From contig NW_021836291.1 in assembly GCF_006345805.1 (NCBI RefSeq), positions 1 through 64,000 of the forward strand: DNA of 64,000 bases. Direction: 5' to 3'. The position numbers were made by a program, and so were the translations under genes. Below are positions 14,079-24,501 of this stretch, one piece after another. Position 1 is the first letter of the stretch. Every line of letters begins with the position of its first letter. The DNA comes from Octopus sinensis. Taxonomy: Eukaryota. The notes below the pieces were generated by a model. The model did not search any database. It was not told the origin of the DNA and saw only the letters and a list, made by a program, of their open reading frames with translations.

Positions 14079-14876
14079 ATGATGTACTTTATTTGGTTGT
14101 GTTATGTCCAATTATCAAATGCTCGTTCTGCTGTTTGGGCTGTGAATTGTGGTGGTCCCGAATTTACTGACAGTCATGGAATTACATATTCGGAAGACTT
14201 TCTGACTGAGGGCGTGGCTTCTGATTATGGACTTCAATATTACATACATCGAGCGAATGATGACTCTTTTCTTTACCAAACAGAACGATACTCTTTTGAG
14301 GACTTTGCCTACACCGTTCCTCTCTCTGAAGACGGAGACTATGTTGTCGTTTTAAAATTTTCGGAAGTATATTTCAGGGAAAGTGATCAGAAGGTAAATG
14401 TTCAATTCCTCAATTGAGGTGTTTGATGTCGCCATAAACGGACACGTGGTTATTAGCCGACTCGACATTTTCCGCGAGGTCGGATTTGCCACTGCCCATG
14501 ACGTGGCTGTCGAATTCTCCATCAGAGATTCCACCCTCTATTTCGACGATGCCTCATTTTTGTATGACGGCGAGTTATTAATTCAGTTCATCAGTGTCCT
14601 CACTATTCATTACATGTTTAGTTGTTCGTGGATAACCCCAAAATAAATGCAATTTCTATAATCCGCGGCACTCTTTCCGACGTCCCTCCACTTTCCCCAC
14701 TTCCAAGAAATGTTCCTGAGAGCAATCCCTTGCCGCATGTTGAGAGAGAGGAGTATTCCTATGATCCCGACTTTACTGCGGAAGGTAATCCAAACATGGT
14801 CAGATCGTTTGTAATTCTTGCTTTCACTGTAATTTTCGGACTCGTCTGTCTTGTCCTGATTATCAGAAATTTATGA
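14079..14876 (+). CDS. MLEC: Malectin
   Basis: AVNCGGPEFTDSHGITY...LYQTERY...VVLKFSEVYF..QK|VFDVAINGHVVISRLDIF.EVG..TAHD...DNPKINA plus C-terminal TM helix; introns 14394-14418 (25 nt, ends GAG) and 14596-14621 (26 nt). Confidence 0.95.
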
Positions 14877-14899
14877 ATTTGTTAAATAAATTGGTTTTT

Positions 14900-15700
14900 T
14901 TGACAATTCTCAGTGAGCAAGAACACTCAGTCAACCAACAGCGGCAGCTCACCATTGAGGCCATTCACTTTACGAAGAAATGAAAGCATTGTTTAAAAGT
15001 GACCGCTAGGTGAGTTATTCGGGGTTGCATCCATTTAAGTTTCATTTCTCAATTTGAGGTTTAACTGGGTCAATCTAAACTATTATTATTATTAAAGCAA
15101 TCTCGCGGAATCAAAAAGTTAATTAGGATTCCACTTTTGCCATCCGACTCAGGATACGCTCTGTTAGTCGTATCCACGCTCCCCTGTTACGTGCGAGGTA
15201 TCTCAGTTCGTCCAGATCATCGGCCGATTTCAGTTTCCTTCCAATCGACGTGAGATCATGGTCGAGCGTAGTCGGTAATGTTGTTCTTTGTCGGCCCCTA
15301 TATGCCGTCAATCTAAACTATATGTGGGTTAATTCACCAGTCAATAATTCTACGAATCTTATTTATGAGTAAAAAATGCGATTTTCCATCTATATCTTAA
15401 AGTAGAAAAATGTCGGGTTTGTTATTTGGGACAATGGTATTTATGACCACTTGTATCCCTACAAATTCATTAAATTGTACAGAGCGTTGGTTCAGTCTCT
15501 TAGATTTCTACACAGATTCATCTAAGGACTTGATTTGTCTCCGCAAATAATCACTGTTGAGCATCCGACCATATTTTGTAGCCGAATATGTTTAGCAGAT
15601 TTGCAATGAGTGTTCTTTGCGTGCCGAAGAATATCTTGAGCAGCATTCCCTCACTTGGAAGAGAATTATTTTTTCTGAAATAAAGTCTCAACAGATGTTG
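14900..15700 (-). pseudogene. Older, degraded copy of the RLE retrotransposon family, interrupted by an RTE insertion
   Basis: ATKYGRMLNSDYLRR...VVINTIVPNNKPDIFLL (zinc-knuckle/RLE motifs) at 15330-15640; the downstream continuation is very degenerate. Confidence 0.5.
15084..15306 (-). mobile_element. 5'-truncated RTE-like LINE 3' end with 15-bp target-site duplication
   Basis: RGRQRTTLPTTLDHDLTSIGRKLKSADDLDELRYLARNRGAW; (TAA)n tail; TSD gtcaatctaaactat at 15069-15083 and 15307-15321. Confidence 0.85.
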
Positions 15701-15991
15701 CGATAGTCATTGTAGTAAACCTAAGTTCAAGGCCCTTGAAACAGTTCTGTTCGAAATCCCAGCGTGAAAGGAAGACTGACGTTTCAAGATGTGGTGCACG
15801 TTCTTGTGAGTGGTCGATGCTTATGGTAGGGCGTCGGCATGGCGGCGTAAGATGAGCACAATGAGAATTGTCACGCCAACATGCGCAGGTGTCGTGCTTA
15901 ATAGTTGAATGTTTAAGTAAGCAAGCAATTATAAGCGAATCAGCGGCACTGTACAATGGACAAGTCTCACTATTATAATATCCATCAGAAT

Positions 15992-16809
15992 ATGTCCACT
16001 CATTCAGAGCCTGACAGTCGCTCATTAGACGGTTATACCATTAACTAATTATATTAGATAAAATCGACTATTTTGGTGTCAGGGGAAACCACGTCATATC
16101 CACCCCCACGAATTATCATTACAGTACCTGGACACCTCATTACTATGAAGAGAGTCAGTACATGTTCGAGCCTAACACATACAATGATCACCGCAGGGAT
16201 TTCGGGAATCACTTTGTAGACAAACCAAATTATTTGTATGGCAAAAAAAACAGCGATTTGTATGTTCAAATAACAACGTTACCCAAATGCATAAAAACAT
16301 GAATCCCCCGTATCCCGTGCTATCGGGGAATAACGGAAATATCAGACCTTTCGCAAGTCCCAAGTCCAATGATGTCGAGTATGAATGTAAACACAAGAAC
16401 GGGAGAGGCAAAATTAAAAAGCAGAGGAAGCCTCGGACTATTTTCACTGCATTCCAACTCGAACAGCTTTCCAAGGCATATAAAACTTCAAAGTATCTAC
16501 AATTGTCTGAAAGGGCATCCCTCGCGAATAGTCTCGGATTGACTCAAACACAGGTGACCTGCAGTCCTTGACTTTCAGGTTAAAATTTGGTATCAGAATC
16601 GGCGTTCAAAAGTAAAAAAAATGTCTTCAGTGGACGAGGGCGTCGAACAGTCCCACGTTTGTGTCGATGGGGAAAATGTGGACTTTTATAATCAGCAATA
16701 CACAGAGAGTCAAACTAATGCAACTAAATTCGAATCAAGACTGAACTACAAGGATGATTTTTATTTTACTGAGGGAAAAAACACTGATTACTACCACAAT
16801 TACATTTAA
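15992..16809 (+). CDS. Dlx: Distal-less-class homeobox protein
   Basis: [24 protein letters not shown]...[20 protein letters not shown]|[14 protein letters not shown]; 25-nt intron 16554-16578 at the conserved Q|V position; 26-nt intron 16032-16057. A frame break near 16242-16345 needs an 86-nt intron or a homopolymer error. Confidence 0.88.
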
Positions 16810-16899
16810 ATAATACTTTTTTACTTTTATCTCAGGACTTGTATGATGATATATTTATTCCAAGTACGATTTTATTTGTTTTCCCAACAATGTTTCATG

Positions 16900-17340
16900 C
16901 AGTCCTATGTCTCGTGCTGTTAGACAAATAATAGAAATAAATAAAGTTCAAGTCTTTTGAATGTATTATTGTCATAGTTCATCAGATAGCAGTCTGCTGT
17001 ATGCCATTAATGTCCATCTATAAAGTACAGCCGGGCAGGGACTTTAATCATAACTTCCTCATGTCCTGCACGAGCCTGCCTATTATACATTGATTCTTTT
17101 AATTTCCATTCTAACTCAGATTGGGAAAACGACTAATGTCTTTGAGTTGCTTACATATTAAACATGACTCTTTTATGATTCCTATCTCGGAGACCTACCA
17201 GGCAGACAATATCAGGTCAACTTTTCATAGTCATTCCACTATTCTACAAAAAACATAATTTAACAAAAAATGTCTTTGGGGATTTCTCATTGAGGAAGAC
17301 CAACTCCATCTCTCCATTGGAGACAAAAAATCCTCAATTT
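16900..17340 (-). pseudogene. Highly degenerate LINE endonuclease remnant
   Basis: KLRIFCLQW...DIVCLVGLR resembles the APE N-terminus; many stops. Confidence 0.3.
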
Positions 17341-17440
17341 TTTAGCATCTAATGAACTACTTAATTATAATTTTTAGACAAATAATTATACTAAAAATTA
17401 ATAAGCTATTGGAAGTAGACTTGTTAAACGTTGATCACAA

Positions 17441-18177
17441 ATGGCTACTGCTGTAAGTAAAATAGCAATTTTTATAAATACAAATGAGAATATAATAATT
17501 AAAGAGTGAATCTGAACTCTCGTTGGAAGGTCAAATAAATGTAACACAAATAAATGTCGAGTGTCACCCCCTCGACACAATCAACGAATCAATCTCCGAG
17601 ACATTTGTATGCCAAACTAATAGTAGCAGAAACGTGACATCAATTCGATTGGAAGTAAGGTGTGGGCAGTCCTCATTCCACGTCAAACAAGTCGCCTCCT
17701 CAATGAGTGGGACTTGTGGGGGCCTCTGATAATCGCCGTGGCACTATCCATGTATTTCCACCATTCTGAACTGCAGGATTATCAAGAAAAACCAAATGGA
17801 GTTTTCACAAATTTTCATGCTCTTTTCCGCGGCCTCGGTCGTGGTGACTCTCAACCTGAAATTGCTCAAAACAAAGATGTAAGAATGCCCTCATTCGTAG
17901 ATCCTTTTTCCAATCCTTGTGTGTGCTGGGATATTGCGCACTCCCTCTCGTCTTCTCTGCCCTTCTGTGCCTTCCCCTGTCCAAACTGTTCTTTCTCAGA
18001 CTGTTTTGTGTCGCCCTGGGAATTGTGTGGAGTTCCTATGGTTTGTCCTCCTTTATTGTCGTAGCTTCCACGGCCTTTCTGGCTGATCTGCAAGACCCCG
18101 ACAAGTCTCTGTTGGGGGTATACCCTATTTGTCTGTTCTACTCCATTTTTGGGTGGGCAGTCATAGCGACTATGTAG
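17441..18177 (+). CDS. YIPF6: Yip1-domain protein
   Basis: VLIPRQTSRLLNEWDLWGPLIIAVALS...CVLGYCALPL...VASTAFLADLQDPDKSLLGVYPICLFY; multiple mini-introns; start codon inferred. Confidence 0.9.
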
Positions 18178-18300
18178 TCTGATTACTTACTCTAATATTT
18201 GTGGGATGTCCTTTAATACTTTCGTAGTGAGTCGATAGATGTCGACGAGTCAATCCATCAGTGAGGACTATTGGAGTATAATGACATATCAACCCCCTCA

Positions 18301-19065
18301 TCACAAGAATGGAGGTTTATTTTGTAAATATAAGCAAATAAAAATGATTGCTATCACAGCTGTGGTAGTTACAGCCATTACATTCCAGAATATAGCCTTA
18401 GTCGTGTGAGGTTTGATTGCCACACCGTATTCCTCCGCATCAAATGCATTCCGAGAGTGATAGAGGGCAATGCACCCGAATAGTGGGTTTACCAAACACG
18501 ACAAATAAGAACAAAATTCGATTATTCTCATCCTCCTCCGATATTTCCCCATTTCTGATTGTTTTTCAACCAATGAACCAATATGACTTGATTCAGGAGA
18601 TTCTGACCAATTTCTGTAGTAAGTTCTAACAGGTACAATTACGTCTGTCGAGGGTACTTCTGCAGCATTTTTAATATGCGAAGATTTCGAATGTTCTATT
18701 GGTTCGCAAATATTTGAGTCTGTGCTATTAAATGAAATTTGAGTGCTTTTGTTTAACCAAGATTTCTCGATGTGTGTTTGAACTTGGTTGGTCTCATCGA
18801 TATTTTGGATGTAGGGAACTGGGATTGTAGAGTATTGTGGTTTTAAATTAGTTTTATTCCGGTGAATTGACTTGACAAATTTGGAGTAAGTAGAAATGTA
18901 TTTTCGATCTTCTTTTGGGGTGTAACTCAGGCTGTGGCTGATTATTGGGCATGTTAATATATGATTGTCATATGACCGAAGAGGATACGCATTTTTGCAC
19001 TGAGAAAACTGACTGGCTTTGTGTCTACTTTTTAAACTTTTATTTCTCTTTGAAAACTTTTGCAT
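18301..19065 (-). CDS. CD225/dispanin-family membrane protein with long low-complexity N-terminus, intronless
   Basis: C-terminal FCSYLSCLVNPLFGCIALYHS...AIFWNVMAVTTTAVIAIIFICLY (two hydrophobic segments with the CD225 Cys/Pro-Gly pattern); uninterrupted ORF. Confidence 0.6.
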   Translation of the reverse strand: MQKFSKRNKSLKSRHKASQFSQCKNAYPLRSYDNHILTCPIISHSLSYTPKEDRKYISTYSKFVKSIHRNKTNLKPQYSTIPVPYIQNIDETNQVQTHIEKSWLNKSTQISFNSTDSNICEPIEHSKSSHIKNAAEVPSTDVIVPVRTYYRNWSESPESSHIGSLVEKQSEMGKYRRRMRIIEFCSYLSCLVNPLFGCIALYHSRNAFDAEEYGVAIKPHTTKAIFWNVMAVTTTAVIAIIFICLYLQNKPPFL

Positions 19066-19259
19066 GATCAGTGTGAAACCAAGTTTAATGATCACACCAA
19101 AGTATTTATAATCACCCAAACCGCAGAGTAATTTGTAATCAAAATTAAAATTGCGATCAGCTTGTAAAGGGTATCCGACAAGTTGTGTGGTGGTGATTCA
19201 ATCTGACTTTACTAGCATTGTCTACAGGTTTTAAAGTTAAAACATAAATTTGAGAAAAT

Positions 19260-20565
19260 TCAAGTATGAGTGAGATTTTCATATTCAGGAATAGCATAAT
19301 GATGAAGACAGTACAACCCCAAATAGCACACAAATAACCAACAAGTAGACAAAGCGTGTCGATCGAACATGCCCGAATAACGATAGTGATGCATGTAAAA
19401 CAGCATTTCACAAAGAGCAGTGAGTGACAAAAAGACTCCCAAGGCAGCCGAGGAGTGATAAATGAACCTGCCGAATTGGCATTTGACCCACATGAGGAGG
19501 ATTATGTAGCAGGACACGGCGGCGTTCTGGAAAAAGTCTGAAATGATCAACTCCATGCCAATGAAGGAGAGGAGGACGGCGAAGGCTCCCCCGAATGCGG
19601 AGACAGTTCTGTTGAACTCGAGGCGATGAATGAGATTGACTAGAGTAGAGACATGACCGAACCAATGAGAATATAAATCTGGTTGTACGCAAAGTTGAGG
19701 AGGAATAATATGGAAATAGTGAACACAGAGTACGTCAGCAGAGAGAGGGCTAATAACTCGACACCCGACTGCTTCACTCCCGAGAAGCTGTAAGACACAC
19801 CAGTGAGCACGTTTCGGGCATATCCTCAAGACTGTTGCATGAAATAAGACCAGTAAAGTTGTGGGAGTATTTGGAGAGTGCTTTGAGGACGAGGATATCC
19901 GCCCCAATCAGGCCGAGGATGTACTGCCCGTAGTCCTCCCCCCCGATGAGTGAACTGTCATCTGCTGTGTTGGGCAATCAATACTAATGGAGATATGATG
20001 GACTGCAATCCCGAACATGTCCCTCAGTCGGGGGGACAGTCTCAGAAGGGAGTAGTCCCCGCTGTACTCGATTATCACTCCACTGCAGGGCAATGTCTCC
20101 CCCTCCAATGGACCTATCATATTCATTCCACACAACATTGATCAGACGACACATTTTCCATTCTTGGGAAAAAGTTGGCCAACACTCCCCCAATCTGATT
20201 GAATTCCTGCAATGAACAGACCAGTCTACTTGGAGGTAGCTGCCATGTAGCGAGCAGTTGGCATGCCCAACCTGAATCCTTATTATCTCGTCCATCAACA
20301 CCTCCCGTGGACGACTCCCCAGGAAGTGGGCGGACACATTCGCCACCAGCACGTGCGACTTAATCAACACCACGAGACTCAAAATGGCCTGTCAAACTGT
20401 GATAGTCTTATGAACCAGAAGGAGGGTCACCGTTTCAGATACTCTCCGGTAGAACGCGGACACTTTAACGTTATAGAGATGCCACAGGTATGGGAATAAG
20501 GAATCGAATAAGCCCTCTGGATTAAATGCTTGGTTTGCAATATTTTCATTATTCAAATTGGACAT
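19260..20565 (-). CDS. TMEM259: Membralin
   Basis: LFDSLF..LWHLY...FYRRVSE; IIEYSGDYSLLRLS; LLSFIGMELIISDFFQN...YIILLMW...YMHHYRYSG...ALSTCWLF...LHHYAIP match membralin; many mini-introns. Confidence 0.88.
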
Positions 20566-20949
20566 TGGACACCACAAGGACTTATGTTCTATTTTATTGC
20601 TGTTAAACCATTTATTATTTTGCTAGTAATTATGACATTTTAAAATGTTTAATCAATAGGGCCACATTTTTATTCACTTAAAAAATAAAATTGCCCTTAA
20701 AGAGTCAATTTAATTGAACGTAAAATTTTAAAAATGACCTACAAATTGACCTAAGAAATATTTATAAACTATTCTTATAACAATTTAAAGTAATTTTATA
20801 CATCGTTTATCGAGTTATTAACATCAAGTAATATTTCACATTTTCCGATTTAAAATTTGTATTCTTTGTTAAGATTTGTTTAGAATCAAAAATGATCGTT
20901 CCACTGCGTAGTCTGGCATTCAATCAATAAAGAATAGTCCGAAGGTGAA

Positions 20950-21200
20950 ATGAAATGATCATCGAAATTCATTATTTCTTTGATATCATTAGAATTCATC
21001 CTTTTTTAATATAATTTTTTATTCCAGATACGTCTTCTTAAGGTGAATATTGTGACTCCCTTCTAAGGAAGTGCATACTTGAATAACATTTGGCAGGTTT
21101 GCAGAATTGTAATAAACAGCCAGCTTCCCCATCTCGTAATTATTTGTTCTGGCGGGTACCCAATTTCTTTAAACAGTGACTTTGTTTTTGACATTTTTTG
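20950..21200 (-). mobile_element. hAT-like DNA transposase remnant
   Basis: KSLFKEIGYPPEQIITRWGSWL resembles the PP.P..TRW..WL motif of hAT-related transposases; frameshifted. Confidence 0.45.
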
Positions 21201-21312
21201 TTTTTAATGTAAATTTTAAAATCTTGGTTTTTAAAATTAGGGTTTTCTAAAAGTTAGGGCTTAATAGGCGTTTTTTTAGAGTTAGGGCTGGCTTTTAAAA
21301 ATAAGGCTCAGT

Positions 21313-21714
21313 CAGGGCTGGCGGTGTTATTAGGAAATGTATACGGTACCAAGTTCTATCGAACGCTATAGTGTCTATTTTCAACAATTCCGTTGTAAAA
21401 AACGAAATTCCATCTCTTTGGAAAAAATCACGTATCATCCCGTTAATCAAACCGAACAAACCGGCTGGCATTCCAAGCTCATACCGCCCAATCTCTCTTT
21501 TGTGCACGCTATCTAAAATCCTCGAAAGACTAATCCTTTCACGAGTCTCGAAGCACTTACCAACATCCCACACCCAACATGGCTTCAAACCACTGCACTC
21601 AACAACCACTCACTTAACAACGCTTTCCCAGTTCGTCCTGGACGGCTTCAATGAGAAGAGGCCCCCTAAACGAACAGTTCTAGCTTCCATCGACATATCT
21701 AAAGCTTCCCAGAG
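21313..21714 (+). mobile_element. Internal RT fragment of an I/Jockey-like LINE flanked by a 10-bp direct repeat
   Basis: IFNNS...WKKSRIIPLIKPNKP...SYRPISLLCTLSKILERLI...QHGFKPLHSTT...IDISKA; aaggctcagt at 21303-21312 and 21715-21724. Confidence 0.85.
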
Positions 21715-22329
21715 AAGGCTCAGTAAACGTTACGGGTGCTTTTGGTTGGGTTTGGTAAATTTAGGATTTCATTTTTTAAAAAATTGTTGGATAATTTTAA
21801 GTTTAAAGATAGCTTTAAAATGGAACTTGAGAAAATCAAGACTTATTTTATATGGATAGAATTGATTAAACGGACGGTGACATTATTTAAATTTGTATTT
21901 AAAAATTGACCAGATTGACATAAACAAACTTTTTATAAAAACTTTGTTGGACATTTTTTTGATTAATCATTATTTTTAGACTAAAATCTAACTTTGACTT
22001 GAAATTGACTTTATTGATTTGTTTTGCCTTACTAATCAATAATTTTATTGAAAAAACACGGTTCGGGTTTGGAGCTGAAATGTTCCGGAAAATAAAGGAG
22101 CAAGTCGATTCTGAAAGACCAGTGAATGGATGTCATATGTATGTGCTCTTCGGGTTGGGTAATCGGCATTTTCTTGTTGCATTCCCAATTTGGATATTGC
22201 TTCGATGAAGTTTATTATTATTAAAAGCACTCCCGAGAAGTCATAAAACTAATTAAGCTTCCCTTGTGCCGCGTGAACAACAATACTGTTCCACAACCTT
22301 CTCCAGGTGCCTCTCCTCTTTGCCAATTT

Positions 22330-22860
22330 CCTCAGGTTGAAAGCTTATGTTTTTTCAAATGAAGCCTTTAGAAACTTATGTCTATGGGGAACTAAAAAGA
22401 AGCTAACTGGAAAAACGAAAATAAGGATATACAACTCGTTTGTATTGTCAATCCTTACTTACAACTGTGGAACCTGGGGACTCATTCCCCCAATCTGATT
22501 AAATTCCTTAGTACCAATCAAAACTGGAGAATCAGAAACTAGACAATTTCCATAGATCTCAATTACGTGCAGCACTCAACATCCGCTACCCGCAGAAGAT
22601 CACAAACGACAATCTGTAAAAATTATGCAACTCAGAAATTCTTTCGATCGAAATCCTGAAATCACGATGGAGGCTATTTGGCCACATTCTGCGGATGGAC
22701 GTCGCCACTCCTGCTAACATTGCTATGGAAACATATTTTACAATGCGGAGACGCATTCCGAGGAAGACCAAGGACAACACTTCCATCGTTGCTAAATCAG
22801 GATCTCAAAACTATTGGGAGGAAACTCGAAACTGCTGATGATCTCGATGAAGTTTAATCC
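22330..22860 (+). mobile_element. RTE-like LINE 3' fragment
   Basis: TKIRIYNSFVLSILTYNCGTW...RWRLFGHILRM...KLETADDLDE with stops and frameshifts. Confidence 0.8.
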
Positions 22861-23136
22861 TTTGCAGTTCAACTTAATAAAATGGCCAATTAGTTTAAAT
22901 TGCCCTGATGGATTTCTTACAGTTTGAATGGAATTGTTGGTCATTCCGTTTCCATGGGGTGGATGGAATTGGGAGTCAGTACACTCATTCTACAAACACT
23001 GGAAATCAGGCCTTTGCAATACGTGAAAAATATCAAATATTTAAATGACTTTGTTTGATTATTATAAACACTTGCTTGTTGTCCTGGGTTCGAATCTCAC
23101 TGTCATCGTTTCGGCCGAAGGTTCCATGCATATTAC

Positions 23137-23743
23137 ATGCACCCCGGATTGACGAGTGACGCCGTCAACAGTGATACACCACTCCGGAACCGGATGTCTA
23201 TCCCAGCTACAGCTAAAAAGAAAAAACAGATGGAGCAGAGCAGATACACTTCGTTTGGATTCTCTTCGTTTGGAATCTCTTCGTTTGGATTAGCTAGTTT
23301 CTTAATAACATGTTCTCTTTCTGTCTTGATCTTATGTGACCGCACGTGCGGAAATATAACTATTATGTTTCTACGGCAGTTGCCGATAATAATAATAATT
23401 GCTTGTTGTTTAATTGACTTTGCTTGTTTGATTAATGGGTGAGAGGTGTTGGGAAATTTGCTCACTTTTGAAAGAAGAGTATCTCAGAAAATGTTCCATT
23501 CAAACCCACATTCTCCGCAATGATTGTGGGTCTGACTTGACTGAATGTCAGGTGAGGAATCTGGCGAGAAAGTGTTCCAAATTGGACTTGGAGGATTGTT
23601 ATGGAATTATAAGGGAGTATGAGGAGGAAGTGATGGCATATCGGTCGTCGGAAGAGTTATTCTCCGAGCTATTAACTCTGATCAAGAAGAGCAGCAAGAA
23701 GAAATCACTCAAACATGTAACCAACAGAGTATCCCCTCTTTGA
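23137..23743 (+). CDS. Hypothetical protein (hydrophobic ORF plus adjacent charged ORF); structure unresolved
   Basis: ORF 23137-23442 has TM-like segments and a 15-bp triplication (ttcgtttggaWtctc); ORF 23435-23743 is exon-like in composition; no family recognised. Confidence 0.3.
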
Positions 23744-23778
23744 TTCATGTTCTAATACTTAACAAATAAATAAGATTA

Positions 23779-24496
23779 TTAGCAAGTGAGAGCGAAAGTG
23801 ACAACGTCGAACAATTCCTTGGGAAATGCTTTCTCGAATTCGTAGTTGAGCAGAGTGAGTCCTGCTTCCTGGAAAATGTCACAGAACGTGTTGAAAGAAC
23901 GAATAGCCGAGTTGTCCTCTTCGAGGAAGCAGTCGTCAGTGTAGTCCAGTCCGGCAGTGTTGTCCTTCACAATGACCACTCCACTCCCCGAGACAGTCCC
24001 GCACTCCACTCGCAACCCTCGTTTTATTCTCCTGAGAAAGCGGACGAAATCCCTTCTTAGCAAGTGGCCGGACACCCACTGCACCCACACAATGTCATAA
24101 CAATTCTCTTCCGGGGAAAAGTCTCGCAAGTTTGTGCAGAACGTTCTGATGACCCTCCTATAGTCCTGTTCTCCAATGTACAGTCGGGAATTGGAAATAA
24201 AGTCGGGAGTCATGTCGACGAGATCCACTTTCTGGCACATTGGCAGGAGGACGTGTTTGGAGACTCGTCCAATGCCTGCCCCACAGTCGAGTGCGTAGGA
24301 GAAGTAGTCATTGGGGAGGCATTCCTTATTCTCGAGACACTCAATGAACCGAATTGAGCTTTGGTGGTCGGTGTGTGCAATGAAGCCATACCCCCCCAAC
24401 ATGGACTCGATTGTGGGTTCTTTCGACTGGTAGTATTTCTTTATTTTGTCGTAGTGGGGGCTCACAACCTAACAGGAACACAACCCACCATACCAT
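23779..24496 (-). CDS. NTMT1: Alpha-N-terminal protein methyltransferase
   Basis: PTIESMLGGY...ALDCGAGIGRVSKHVL...YDIVWVQWVSGHL...VIVKDN...FPKELFDV..FAL; start inferred as an ATG-only exon (24494-24496) plus a 25-nt GTATGG..AG intron (24469-24493). Confidence 0.93.
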
Positions 24497-24501
24497 CACA
24501 A

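Noticed and set aside
15666-16025. 119-aa Cys-rich ORF head-to-head with Dlx
   Set aside because: No signal peptide or known motif; overlaps the Dlx first exon and runs into TE remnant sequence.
23070-23135. Possible tRNA or SINE (GGTTCGAATC B-box)
   Set aside because: No A-box or cloverleaf could be built; at most a remnant.
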